Shown: positions 24,936 to 34,335, numbered from the stretch's first letter. The stretch: DNA of 64,000 nt from Deltaproteobacteria bacterium (GCA_002687015.1 NYZB01000239.1:2657-66656); one strand, 5' to 3'. A program made the numbers and translations. The notes: a model not told the origin generated them from the sequence alone.

Positions 24936-27900
24936 TCAGGGCACGGCCGCACTGCAGGAGGGTTGGAGCGCCGGCGGGAGCCCCAGGGACGCCCGCTTCA
25001 TGAAGGTGCCGTCCAGGCCGGTGCAGAGGCTGTCGCCGCTCACGTCGCACTTCTGCGGGGCCGCCAGATCGACGGGGCCGTTCGGGAAGGGCGCGAGGTT
25101 CAGGCTCGCCCGGGTCGCGAGGGTGCCGTCGAGACCCGTCACGAAGCCGTCGTCGTTGACGTCGCCGCACTGGCAGGCGTCCCCGATGCCGTCCGGAATC
25201 GACCCGGAACCGACGCCCCCCACATCGGCCTGGCCCGCGTTCGCGGTGTAGGGGCAGTTGTCGGATCCATCGGGGATCCCGTCCATGTCGGCGTCGCCCG
25301 GCAGCGGAGGCAGCGTGTTGGGCGGTGCGGTGGTGAAGGAGAGCACGTCTGCGGTGAGCTGACCCACGACGCGATCTCCCAGGTTGGAGCCGAACATGGT
25401 GAGGGCGAGCTGGCCGCCAGTCAGGAAGCCCAGCAGGGTGATGTTCGAGGGGTCGAAGAAATCGACCTCGGCGACGATGCCGTTGCCGAGGCCGTCGACG
25501 ATCGGCACCACTCCGGGCAGCACGGCCGGCACCAGCGTGTGGTCGACCGCGACCAGCGCCGCCGTCGAGGGGGCGGGGGGAGCGAGGATCAGGCTCAGGA
25601 GCCCGAACTCGTCGTTGCCGATCGGGTTCTGGTTCTTGTCGAAGGCCTGGAGCAGTGGGAAGCCGCCGGGAACCAGGGCCCGGGTGACACCGCCGATCGT
25701 GACCTCCGCCGTGGCGCAGGTGAGGCAGGCCGGGGGGTTGCCGCCGGTATCCGTCACCACGGTGTCGACGTCGATCGTAAGCGTGTCGCTGGGGTCGGCC
25801 TGGGCGATGCAGAAGCGCCCGGGCAGCGTGTGGGTGCTCGGCAGCGCAGCGAGCTCCGCCGCCACGTGGTTGTAGCGGTCGATCAGCCACTGCCGCACCA
25901 CGGCGATGGCCGCCGTCCGCGCCGGGTCGAACCACGGGTCGCCGGGGTCGTTGACCTGGGTCTCCATGCGGTCCAGCTCGGCGATCATCGCCGCGCTGCC
26001 CCCCGACGGGAAGAGCAGGGTGCGGAGCGCCTGGATCTTGGCCAGGTATTGCGCCTGGAAGGTGGGGATCTGGTAGAGGCGCTTCGAGATCTGGGAATTC
26101 AGGAGGATGACGGGAGCGACCGCGGCCGTGAGCCCGAACCCACCCCGCTCGCCGAAGGTGTCGTCGGCGCCCCACGGGATGAAGCGCAGCCCGGTGGCCG
26201 GGTCGTTGTAGAGGAAGAAGTTGTTGTTGCCGAGGTTGTAGCCGTCCCAGTGGCCGATCAGGCCCTCCATGGCCCAGAAGGTCATGAATGCGTCGATGTC
26301 CAGATGGTTGGCGAGATCGGCCGTGATCTCGGCGTCGCTTCCCTCGAGCAGATGCGCCAGGGCCAACAGGTCGAGGGTGTCGCCGCCGTTCTTGACCTCC
26401 ATCCGGCCGAAGTAGCCGGCCCGCAGGTCGGCGATGGTGCCCTCGTAGAGGTTCCCTCCGGCGCTGCCGAAGTTCCGGATCAGGAAAGGGTTCTTGATGC
26501 TCTCGACGTTCGCGAAGATGCCCATCTGCACGCCGTTGACGGTGACCTTGGCGTAGTTGCAGCGCGGCGCGGGCACCCCGGCCTGGCGCATCGCGTAGTA
26601 GGACATGCAGGTGTTCAGGTCCGTCGCATCCTGCCGCATGTTGTTCAAGGTCAGGCGATCCACGCCCTTGTAGTTCTGCCCCGAAACGAACTCGGTGAAG
26701 TCGATCTTGAGCGAGGGCCGCAAGGAGCTCAGCGAGCCCTGGAAGCCCTTCTTGCGCACGCCGACGTTGGAGAGCACCTGCCCGTCGACGGTGACGGTCG
26801 CGGGGAAGTAGGTGAAGGGGCTCGGGGGATGCGACTCGGCGCAGCCCAGCGCCGTCCCCAGGTCGCGGGTCTGGACGCGGAGGGCGTCCCAGTCCGCGGC
26901 CGCCATTGCGATGTCGACGTCGAGCACGATCGCCGGGTCGAACACGGCGTCGGTGGGATCGCTGACGTCGCAGAGCGGGTCGGCGACGGCACCGGGCCCG
27001 GGCGGGCCACCCAGGTAGCCGTTCAGGACGCTGACGTCCGCCGCATCGATCGTCAGGTCGTCGTTGAGATCGAAGAGCTCGTCGAAGCCGGGGTCACCGG
27101 AGGAGAGCCCGAGCTTCGCGTTGAGTGCGTTGGCATCGGCGGTGGCCACGGTTCCGTCGTTGTCGAAGTCGGGATCGCAGGCGTTGCCCACACCGTCGCC
27201 GTCCGAGTTCGTCTGGGCGAGGTTGTAGACGTCCTTGCAGTTGTCCCGGCAGTCGGCGATGCCGTCGAAGTCGCTATCGAGAACCGGCGTTCCGCCCTGC
27301 AGCGCGGAGAAGTCCTGCACCTGGGTGCCCGCGTTGAACACATTCGGGGCGCCGAAGGTGCTCGACGTGCCGTCGTTGTAGCCGAGGTCGGCTTCGGTCA
27401 CGAGGGCGCTCGGGTCGACCTCCAGCTTGAAGACCTCGTCGCTGCCGATGCCCCCGCCGATGATCACCTCACCGGTCGGGCCGAAGATGGCGCGGCCGCG
27501 ATCGTCCAGGATCGTGACCTCGAAGTCCCTGTTCGAGATGTCGACGTCCGCCTGGGGCGTCAGGTAGGTCGCAGCCGTCGAGCCGTTGCCGTTGACCCGG
27601 AGGGCGAGGCGGAAGTCCGAGGCGTCGGTGTCCTCGGGGATGTCGTCGGCCTCGAAGAGCACGATGATCGTGCCGGCGGCCAGGTTCGCCCAGAGCGCGT
27701 CGCCCGTGAAGCTGACCGTCTGGGCGGCGTTGCCGTCGTCGATGAGCTGGAGGCTCCAGCCACGGATGTCGAGGCCGTCGGCCACCACGACGAGCTCGAG
27801 CCAGTCGTTCTGCTCGCCGACGGGCGCTCCGAGGGAGCCGTTGCCGTTGACCGGCGTGCCGGGGGGTGTGCCGAGAAAGGGGTCGCTGCCTCCATTCTTC

Positions 27901-28025
27901 AGGGGCTTGTCTTCACGAACTCCGTTGTATTCGTTGACGATCAGGGGCGCCGCGAAAGCGGGGCCCGAGAGGACGAAGAACAACACGACCAGCAGCAAGC
28001 GCACGGAGCACCTCCATCGACACAC
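24936..28025 (-). CDS. large secreted CotH-kinase-family protein with lamin-tail domain and thrombospondin type-3/dockerin-like Ca-binding repeats
   Basis: Signal peptide. LTD (LIVNEYNG...NDWLELVV). TSP3 repeats (DSDFDGIADCRDNC, NSDGDGVGNACDPDFDNDG, DADMDGIPDGSDNCP). CotH core (SLKIDF...LTLNNMRQD...VNGVQMGIFANVESI...WAMEGLIGHWDGY...NNFFLYND). Confidence 0.85.
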   Translation of the reverse strand: MCRWRCSVRLLLVVLFFVLSGPAFAAPLIVNEYNGVREDKPLKNGGSDPFLGTPPGTPVNGNGSLGAPVGEQNDWLELVVVADGLDIRGWSLQLIDDGNAAQTVSFTGDALWANLAAGTIIVLFEADDIPEDTDASDFRLALRVNGNGSTAATYLTPQADVDISNRDFEVTILDDRGRAIFGPTGEVIIGGGIGSDEVFKLEVDPSALVTEADLGYNDGTSSTFGAPNVFNAGTQVQDFSALQGGTPVLDSDFDGIADCRDNCKDVYNLAQTNSDGDGVGNACDPDFDNDGTVATADANALNAKLGLSSGDPGFDELFDLNDDLTIDAADVSVLNGYLGGPPGPGAVADPLCDVSDPTDAVFDPAIVLDVDIAMAAADWDALRVQTRDLGTALGCAESHPPSPFTYFPATVTVDGQVLSNVGVRKKGFQGSLSSLRPSLKIDFTEFVSGQNYKGVDRLTLNNMRQDATDLNTCMSYYAMRQAGVPAPRCNYAKVTVNGVQMGIFANVESIKNPFLIRNFGSAGGNLYEGTIADLRAGYFGRMEVKNGGDTLDLLALAHLLEGSDAEITADLANHLDIDAFMTFWAMEGLIGHWDGYNLGNNNFFLYNDPATGLRFIPWGADDTFGERGGFGLTAAVAPVILLNSQISKRLYQIPTFQAQYLAKIQALRTLLFPSGGSAAMIAELDRMETQVNDPGDPWFDPARTAAIAVVRQWLIDRYNHVAAELAALPSTHTLPGRFCIAQADPSDTLTIDVDTVVTDTGGNPPACLTCATAEVTIGGVTRALVPGGFPLLQAFDKNQNPIGNDEFGLLSLILAPPAPSTAALVAVDHTLVPAVLPGVVPIVDGLGNGIVAEVDFFDPSNITLLGFLTGGQLALTMFGSNLGDRVVGQLTADVLSFTTAPPNTLPPLPGDADMDGIPDGSDNCPYTANAGQADVGGVGSGSIPDGIGDACQCGDVNDDGFVTGLDGTLATRASLNLAPFPNGPVDLAAPQKCDVSGDSLCTGLDGTFMKRASLGLPPALQPSCSAAVP

Positions 28026-28265
28026 CTGGGAGTTGTGGTTCGGCCCCAGTCATTGTGTCAGCGTGGTCGCGCTTTGTCCCCAGGGGGCGCCGATGGCCGG
28101 GCCTCAGCCGAGAGGGATCTCTCGCACCTCGCGGGAGGCGGGGACCTTGTTTCCGGATTTCTGCCTGGGCGCCGCGCTCCGGCCCCAGTTCAGGGGCGAG
28201 TCCCTCCCCCCATGGCATCGCGGCCCCTCTCCCGGAGATCCTCCGCGTCCGGCGCACCCGGTTGC

Positions 28266-28682
28266 TCACTGGGAGGGCGCATGCGGTCCCGGGTGTCGCG
28301 TCCCTCGTTCGTGCGTGGATCCCTGGTGTCTGGCCCACCGTATCCGGGCTGGCGACGGGGTGAACCCGAAGCCCGCTGTGGCGTTCGTCTCGTAATGGTA
28401 GTCGATGTGCGACCAGCTCACGTCCCCCTCGTGGTCTCCGTACTGGTCGGCCTTGGCTTTCGCAGCAGCGCGCACGGCCGACCCGATCGTGCCGTAGGGG
28501 ATGGTCGCGTTGAAGTCGAGCAGGGTCTGCGTATGACTGTCCGCATCGGCCAGGGAGGGGCCGGTGGGGGCTCGCAGGGTGACGAGGATCTTGGGACCCG
28601 CCGCGGCCAACGCAGCGCTCGGCATCGAGAGCATGATCAGGATGAGTGAAGAGAGTCCGGTCCGGCGCCATTGCTTTGACAT
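28266..28682 (-). CDS. hypothetical small secreted protein
   Basis: Signal peptide MSKQWRRTGLSSLILIMLSMPSAALA. No recognisable family. The C-terminal 30 residues look low-complexity. Confidence 0.45.
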   Translation of the reverse strand: MSKQWRRTGLSSLILIMLSMPSAALAAAGPKILVTLRAPTGPSLADADSHTQTLLDFNATIPYGTIGSAVRAAAKAKADQYGDHEGDVSWSHIDYHYETNATAGFGFTPSPARIRWARHQGSTHERGTRHPGPHAPSQ

Positions 28683-28830
28683 CGTCAACCTCGGCAGTCG
28701 TAGGAGGGTCGCAGTCGTTCGCGGGTTGGGCTTCGCCGGAAGCCTACATCGAATGGCGACACCACCGACTCTCCAAGATGGTCACGGGTGGACCGGGAGC
28801 AGGAAGAGGCTGGACTCGGCGCGGCTTCCT

Positions 28831-30099
28831 TCAACCCAGAGGGATCTCTCTGACCTGCCCATCCCGCTGCGTGTATCGAAGGGGAGCGCCCGCCTCGGAG
28901 GTCCCCTCCGCCCGATCCCAGGGCCGCGACCCGTAGATCGCCTCGCCGTTCGCCGCCAGGTACTCGCCCAGCCAGTGCAGTCGCTCGAGCTGCGGCTCGG
29001 GGATCTGGGCGTCCACCCCGCGCGGCCCGACGTTGAGGAGCAGGTTGCCGTTCTTGCTCACGATGTCGGCGAACGAGTGCAGCAGGTCCTCTCGGGTGAT
29101 GAAGTCCTCGGGCAGCGAGGTGTGGTTGTACCCGAAGCTCTTGTCCATGCCGCGCACGCACTCCCATTTCTTCTCCTGGATCTCCGGAAAGCTCGCGTAC
29201 TCGGGGGTGCGGTAGTCGTACACGGGCGGAGCCGGGGGAGCGATCATGCCGCCGGCCTTGGCGAGCTGGCGCTTCAGCAGCGCCTCGACCAGCCAGTTGA
29301 CGGGGCCCAGGCGGATCAAGGGGATCAGCCAGCTTCGCGCCAGCCAGCGGTCGTTGATCACGCCCTCGGGCACGGCGTTGTAGTAGTGGGCGACGAGCTC
29401 GTAGAGCTGGGCGTTCGGCTGGGGCCAGCTGATGTCGTTCCACAGCACGTCGGGCTCGTAGCGCTCGATCAGCTCGCGCACCTGGGCGGCAGCGTAGGCC
29501 GGGTAGGCGCCGCCGGGCATGCCAGCCAGCACGTCGACCAGGCCGCGCACGGGCCGGTCGTCGAAGGTCCAGTCGAGACCACCCGAGTAGTAGACCCCGA
29601 AGCGCAGGCCCTCCCCTCGCACGGCCGCGGCCAGCTCGCCCACGACGTCGCGGCCGGTGTTCCAGCCCTCGTACCTGGGGTTCGGATGGGGCACGGCGCT
29701 GGGCCACAGGCAGAAGCCGTCGTGGTGCTTGGTGACGAGCACGACGTAGCGCGCGCCCGCCTCCTTGAAGGCGCGCGCCCACGCCGCGGGCTGCCACTGG
29801 TCGAGGCCCTTTCGATAGGTGTCCGCGAAGGCCTCGTAGGGCTGGTCGCCGTACCTCTCCTGGTGGTGCCGCTGCACGGCGCTGCCCTCGAGCTTGAGGG
29901 AGTTCCAGTACCACTCGCTGTACGGCGAGTCGGTCTGCTCGCTCTCCCCGGCGAAGATGGCCTCGATCCCGGCCTCGCGTGGAGCAAAGGCGGGAACGGA
30001 GGAGACGCTCCAGTGGATGAAGATCCCGAGCTTGGCATCGTGATACCACTCGGGCACCGGGTGGCTGCGAAGGCTCTCGAGCGTGGGGGCATAGGACAT
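28831..30099 (-). CDS. alpha-L-fucosidase (GH29)
   Basis: ORF trimmed to MSYAPTLESL. Contains WYHDAKLGIFIHW, YVVLVTKHHDGFCLWPS, RFGVYYS, LWND and LLLNVGP. Confidence 0.9.
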   Translation of the reverse strand: MSYAPTLESLRSHPVPEWYHDAKLGIFIHWSVSSVPAFAPREAGIEAIFAGESEQTDSPYSEWYWNSLKLEGSAVQRHHQERYGDQPYEAFADTYRKGLDQWQPAAWARAFKEAGARYVVLVTKHHDGFCLWPSAVPHPNPRYEGWNTGRDVVGELAAAVRGEGLRFGVYYSGGLDWTFDDRPVRGLVDVLAGMPGGAYPAYAAAQVRELIERYEPDVLWNDISWPQPNAQLYELVAHYYNAVPEGVINDRWLARSWLIPLIRLGPVNWLVEALLKRQLAKAGGMIAPPAPPVYDYRTPEYASFPEIQEKKWECVRGMDKSFGYNHTSLPEDFITREDLLHSFADIVSKNGNLLLNVGPRGVDAQIPEPQLERLHWLGEYLAANGEAIYGSRPWDRAEGTSEAGAPLRYTQRDGQVREIPLG

Positions 30100-30235
30100 G
30101 CCCGCATGCTCGCTCAGTTGCCCGGCGGAGGCGAGGCGGCACCTCGTCGATTCGTCGGGGCCGGCCAACGCTCAGAGCGACGCCGAGATGAACGACCGGG
30201 AGGACGAGCCGGGCCAGCCGTAGCCGGGGAGCGGG

Positions 30236-31468
30236 CTACCTCCTCCGCTTCTTCTTCTTTTTCTTCTTCTTTTTCTTTTTCTTCTTCTTCTTCTTCTTGC
30301 GCTTCTTCTTCTTTTTCTTCTTCTTCTTCTTGTCGACCTTGGGCGGCTTCGCGGCCTGCTTGACGGCTGCCACGGCGCTGAGGTCGGAGACCAGGGTCAC
30401 TCCGTTCGTGTCGAGGCCGTCGGCCAGGACCCGGATCGATTGACCGGCAAGGGTGGCGGGGATCGTCCACGTGTACTTGTTGCTGGTCACGCCCTGGGCG
30501 ATGGGCAGGAAGACCGAGTCGCCTTCCACACGATAAGAGAGATCCACGCTGCTGAGGCCGGTCTGATTCCACGAGATCGGGTAGGTCCCGCCCGGGTCGA
30601 GCAGCGAGTTCTGGTTCGGCCCCAGGACGTCTAGCGTGGCGGCTCGGGTATCGGGCACGACCGTGGGGCGATAGGCCGCCACCTGGGAGGCCACGGCGCG
30701 CAGGCTGTCCGCGGCATCGGCTCCGTTCGCGGCATTGCCCTTGCTGATGCCGCAGGGTGCGCCGCCCGCGCAGGTGAGACTGGGGGTCGAGAAGACGTGC
30801 ACCTTGGGTGCGCGGGCGAAGGCCGAGCCGTAGGCCATCATCGTCACGAAGCTGCCGTTCACGCCATAGCCGAGGGACCAGGGGTAGGTGCCACCCTGGC
30901 CGTTCTGGCGACGCGAGTGGGTCAGGCCGAGATTGTGTCCGAGCTCGTGACCGAGGACGTAGTCCGAGCAGTCGACGGAGACGTGGCTGTAGCCGTAGCG
31001 GCGCGAGCCTGCGAGGTTTCCGCCGGAGTGGTAGCCGCCGACCCATGCGATGCCGCAGATCCCGTCTCCGACGTAGGGCCGGAGAAGGACGACCAGGTCG
31101 GCTCCGACCTGGTCGCGGAGCACCTCGGTGCCGGCGAAGACGCCACGGTTGAAGGTCAGATCGTTGAGTGCCGTCGGCGAGTCCGGGCCGTTGCCGTAGG
31201 CGACCTCCAGGCTGTGCACCGCACGCAGCCGCATGCCCGCTTCGGAGCGGCGGAAGGCATCGTTGCTGACAGCGACGATCTGGTCGATTCGCGGATCGAC
31301 TCCGCTGCCGTAGCGTGCCGTCACCGCCGGGTTGTAGAGGAAGAGGACATCCAGGGTGACGGGTGTCGGCTCGACGGCTCGGGCAGGCTCCGGAGTCGCG
31401 AGACCCAGGGCCATGCCGAGCACAGCCACAAGGGTGCACACCTGCTTCATCCATCGGGTGAGAATCAT
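30236..31468 (-). CDS. secreted metzincin (reprolysin/M12B-like) zinc metalloprotease with C-terminal poly-lysine tail
   Basis: Signal peptide MKQVCTLVAVLGMALGLA. HELGHNLGLTH zinc motif with a downstream TMMAYG Met-turn. Beta-sandwich-like C-domain. Ends in K10-R-K17-RRR. Start is 31468 or 31450. Confidence 0.85.
   Translation of the reverse strand: MILTRWMKQVCTLVAVLGMALGLATPEPARAVEPTPVTLDVLFLYNPAVTARYGSGVDPRIDQIVAVSNDAFRRSEAGMRLRAVHSLEVAYGNGPDSPTALNDLTFNRGVFAGTEVLRDQVGADLVVLLRPYVGDGICGIAWVGGYHSGGNLAGSRRYGYSHVSVDCSDYVLGHELGHNLGLTHSRRQNGQGGTYPWSLGYGVNGSFVTMMAYGSAFARAPKVHVFSTPSLTCAGGAPCGISKGNAANGADAADSLRAVASQVAAYRPTVVPDTRAATLDVLGPNQNSLLDPGGTYPISWNQTGLSSVDLSYRVEGDSVFLPIAQGVTSNKYTWTIPATLAGQSIRVLADGLDTNGVTLVSDLSAVAAVKQAAKPPKVDKKKKKKKKKKRKKKKKKKKKKKKKKKKKRRR
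30239..30332 (-). repeat. imperfect (AAG/AAA)n trinucleotide tract encoding 31 consecutive Lys/Arg
   Basis: About 94 nt of nearly pure pyrimidine on the plus strand (CTT/TTT units, with one GCG and CCTCCTCCG). Codons are 23 AAG, 4 AAA, 1 CGC, 2 AGG and 1 CGG. Confidence 0.95.
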
Positions 31469-31478
31469 CGGGCGCCTC

Positions 31479-32180
31479 CTACGCCGGCTCTTCGCCGGGC
31501 TCGGGGGGAAGGAGTTCGTCGCTCTGGTCGGGGTCGATCAGCTGGTCCAGATCGTCGGCGTAGATGGACGCGGCGCCGCCGGTGCCCTCGAGCAGGTAGT
31601 TGCCGTAGGGCGTGGTGATGCGGCCGAAGAGCGCGGTGTGCCCCTGGGTCAGGGTCACCGCGTAGGCGGAGTCGAAGCCGTCGAGGGAGCCGCTGAGGCC
31701 GAGGCTGCCGAGGGGCGTGGTCTCGACGTGCTCGATCGTCGCCACGAGGGTGCCGAGTCCGGGGATGGGCAACGAGATCTGGTCGCCCACGCCCAGTGTG
31801 CCCACCTGCCCGGGGTCGAGGCGGAGCGCGTGGCGTTCGGGCCGATAGTCGCCGATCGGGTGATCGAAGGCGTGCACCGAGTCCTCGGTGATCTCCCAGA
31901 GGCCAACGGGTGCGCGCTCGAGCGAAGCCCCCAGGAGCGAACCGGAAGCCGCGGCGGCCCCGCGAGAGGCGGGCTCGTCCTCGCGGCGGTCCCGCGAGTC
32001 CGAGGCCTGGAGCGGGCCGGCGTGCCCGCCCGGCGCCGGGGGAGCCCAGGCGGAGCCCTGCCAGGGAAGCGAGCCGGCCGGGACCAGGGTTGCCGCAGCC
32101 GCCAGGGCACCCAGGCCTGCGAGGGCGGGTAGCCAGCGTCTGGCGCGTGATCGATCTCTGGACGGACGGGTGGACCCCAT
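31479..32180 (-). CDS. hypothetical secreted protein encoded immediately upstream of the metalloprotease
   Basis: 233 aa. Arg-rich N-region plus hydrophobic stretch (RARRWLPALAGLGALAAAATLV, possibly Tat-type). 10-nt gap to the protease gene. Acidic C-terminus. Confidence 0.55.
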   Translation of the reverse strand: MGSTRPSRDRSRARRWLPALAGLGALAAAATLVPAGSLPWQGSAWAPPAPGGHAGPLQASDSRDRREDEPASRGAAAASGSLLGASLERAPVGLWEITEDSVHAFDHPIGDYRPERHALRLDPGQVGTLGVGDQISLPIPGLGTLVATIEHVETTPLGSLGLSGSLDGFDSAYAVTLTQGHTALFGRITTPYGNYLLEGTGGAASIYADDLDQLIDPDQSDELLPPEPGEEPA

Positions 32181-32412
32181 TGGGTCCTTTTCGACACGCC
32201 TTGCGCTCCTGCTTCAACTTTCTGGCGGAAATCTCCACTTGCGAGCCGCCGCGAGCAGCGGACCTGCAGCCAGGCGGCAGGACACCCACCCCGGCCGGCA
32301 GCTCCGCCCGGGGGGCCGGTGGGGCGCGACCCCGCGCGGGGAGGCACGCCAGCCCGGTGCTGCGGCATGCTCGCGCAGGGACTCCCCCTACCGTGGCCGT
32401 TCGAGATTGCCC

Positions 32413-33189
32413 ATGACCGTCGCCGTGGACGAAGGCGCCCTGCTCGCCGAGCTCGCGCCCCTCCTCGAGACCGAGGCCTGCCAGCTGGGGCTGCGCAACC
32501 TCTCGAGCGACCCCTTCTTCGTGGCCTTCTTCCTGGCGAGCGTGTCCCAGGGCGAGGGCCTGGGCGCGGCCGCCGTCGGCATGATCGGCCAGGATGAGCT
32601 GGCCGCCCGGATCCGGAACCTCGACGTGCAGGAGCGGGAGGAGCGCGAGCACGAGGAGCGCACGATCGATGCCGCGCGTTCGCTCTTTCCGGAGTGGTTC
32701 GACGACGCCGGCTATCGCTACCCCGAGGCCTTGCAGGGCAAGGCCTACTACGTCGAGGTGCTGGAGCGGAATCGCGAGCGACTCAAAGAAGGAGGACGCT
32801 ACTCGCGGCTCAACCTCTACCTCACGACGACCTTCGCCTACGAGATCATGGTGCTGCTGCTCTACCGCGCCGTCGCAGACGCCGTGCGCTCCTCGCCGCT
32901 GCCGCCGGAGGTTCGCGAGCGCGTCGCTTGCATGATCGACGCGATCCTCGAGGAGGAGCAGGGCCACGTGGGCATCGTCCGGCAGCACCAGGCCCTCCTG
33001 GAGACACCCCGGGAGGGGCTATCGGACGAGGCCTTGGGCCTCCTCGACACGCTGGCGAAGATGAGCGCGGACGACTACCGGCAGCCGGCAGAGCTGGCCG
33101 TACGCCACGTCGTGTCGATGATGGAATGCTATGCGGATGCGGAGCGCTACCGCGAGAGGATCCAGAGCACCCCCGGAGCCAGGAGCTAG
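32413..33189 (+). CDS. hypothetical helical protein
   Basis: ATG at 32413 within ORF 31888..33189. Good GC3. No family recognised. 3-nt gap to the downstream ACAD. Confidence 0.55.
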   Translation: MTVAVDEGALLAELAPLLETEACQLGLRNLSSDPFFVAFFLASVSQGEGLGAAAVGMIGQDELAARIRNLDVQEREEREHEERTIDAARSLFPEWFDDAGYRYPEALQGKAYYVEVLERNRERLKEGGRYSRLNLYLTTTFAYEIMVLLLYRAVADAVRSSPLPPEVRERVACMIDAILEEEQGHVGIVRQHQALLETPREGLSDEALGLLDTLAKMSADDYRQPAELAVRHVVSMMECYADAERYRERIQSTPGARS

Positions 33190-33192
33190 CCC

Positions 33193-34326
33193 ATGCTCGA
33201 CTTCAGCTTCACACCCAGCCAGGAGGAGTACCGGCAGGCCCTTCGGGAGCTCGCGCGGGAGGAGCTCCTGCCCCGCTACGCCGAGGGCGACGCGGGCACC
33301 TACCCGACCGAGCAGATCCTGCGCATCAACGCCTTCGCCGAGGAGTTCTGGCGCGGCCGGGAAGACGAATGGGACCTGATCGCCTGCGGCATCACGGCCG
33401 AGGAGATCGCGCGGGGCGATTTCAACTGCGTCCTGCCCTCACTCGGACGCCCCTACCAGAGCCAGCTCTTCTCGGACTTCAGCGAGGCCCAGCACGCACG
33501 CTGGACCGAGGAGCTGGCCAGCGGGCGCGAGATGATCGCGCTCGCCATCACCGAGCCCCAGGCAGGCTCCGACATGGCCCAGCTGGCCGCGCGCGCCGAG
33601 CGTAGCGGGGACGGCTGGGTGATCGACGGTGTGAAGAGCTCGGTGAGCTTTCTCGACGCCGGCGTCTTCTACGTGTTCGCACGAAGCGACCCCGCCTCTT
33701 CGGGCTGGCAGGGCATCTCGGGCTTCCTGGTCCCCCGAGACACGCCGGGGCTCTCCTCGGAGCCCTTCGAAGACCTCGGCTGCCGGGCCATCCGGCGCGG
33801 CGTACTGCGGCTGGAGGGTGTACGGGTACCGGAAGACGCGATGGTCGGTCCGCCGGGCACGGCCTTCCAGCGCATCAGCCGCTTCTTCGACGTGAACCGC
33901 GCCATCATCGGCCTCAAGTGCACCGGCGCCGCCCTGCAGAGCGTGGCCGAGACCATCGAGTACACCCGCAAGCGCGAGGCCTTCGGGCAGCCCCTCACGG
34001 CGAACCAGGGCATCACCTTCCCCCTGGCCGAGGGTGTGACCTACCTCGACCATGCGCGGCTCGGCTGCTACCGCGTGCTGTGGATGCGCCAGAACGGAAT
34101 CCCCTGTCGGCACGAGGGCGCCATGGTCAAGTGGTGGGCGCCGAAGACCGCGGCCGACGTGATCCACAAGTGCCTCACGCTGCACGGCCACGTCGGCTAT
34201 TCGAACCAGCTCCCCATCGAGCAGCGCCTGCGCGATGTGATCGGCTGGCAGATCGGCGATGGCGCGGAGGAGGTGATGAAGCTGCTCGTGGCCCGCGAGC
34301 TGATGACGGGGGTGGCGACGAGCTAG
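33193..34326 (+). CDS. acyl-CoA dehydrogenase family protein
   Basis: 377-aa protein starting MLDFSFTPSQEEYRQALRE, with AITEPQAGSDMAQL, EAFGQPLTANQGITFPLAE and IGDGAEEVMK. Confidence 0.9.
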   Translation: MLDFSFTPSQEEYRQALRELAREELLPRYAEGDAGTYPTEQILRINAFAEEFWRGREDEWDLIACGITAEEIARGDFNCVLPSLGRPYQSQLFSDFSEAQHARWTEELASGREMIALAITEPQAGSDMAQLAARAERSGDGWVIDGVKSSVSFLDAGVFYVFARSDPASSGWQGISGFLVPRDTPGLSSEPFEDLGCRAIRRGVLRLEGVRVPEDAMVGPPGTAFQRISRFFDVNRAIIGLKCTGAALQSVAETIEYTRKREAFGQPLTANQGITFPLAEGVTYLDHARLGCYRVLWMRQNGIPCRHEGAMVKWWAPKTAADVIHKCLTLHGHVGYSNQLPIEQRLRDVIGWQIGDGAEEVMKLLVARELMTGVATS

Positions 34327-34335
34327 CCACGCCGC

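Noticed and set aside
28104-28133. About 27 nt resembling the 3' end of the fucosidase gene (28831-28860), with roughly 22 of 27 positions identical. It encodes ...REVREIPLG* versus ...GQVREIPLG*, and is in frame with the small ORF 28266..28688 across its TGA stop.
   Set aside because: Similarity vanishes beyond about 27 nt, and the upstream small ORF shows no GH29 features. This is too short to call a gene remnant, a duplication or a read-through extension. A dot-plot or BLASTN of 28026-28700 against 28831-30099 would settle it.
24426-28649. Very long ORFs opposite or out of frame to recognised genes: 24426..28649 (+, 1407 aa), 60100..63498 (-, 1132 aa), 42140..44620 (-, 826 aa), 46489..49134 (+, 881 aa), 42496..44850 (+, 784 aa), 5786..8062 N-terminal extension, and others.
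   Set aside because: Their translations are Arg/Pro/Gly/Ala-rich low-complexity strings with no motifs. Each overlaps a gene with a clear family signature on the other strand or frame. This is typical stop-codon-poor shadow ORF behaviour in high-GC DNA.
28564-30363. Plus-strand ORF ending in a Ser/Phe-rich tail (SSASSSFSSSFSFSSSSSSCASSSFSSSSS).
   Set aside because: It is the antisense reading of the fucosidase gene and of the (AAG)n tract. The minus-strand reading joins a bona fide metzincin domain, so the poly-Lys interpretation is preferred.
32413-33189. Possible di-iron/ferritin-like protein (ExxH-like strings EREH and EQGH) coupled to the downstream acyl-CoA dehydrogenase.
   Set aside because: The first ExxH lies in a low-complexity charged run, and I cannot place four-helix-bundle ligands by eye. 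It is left as hypothetical; an HHpred search would decide.
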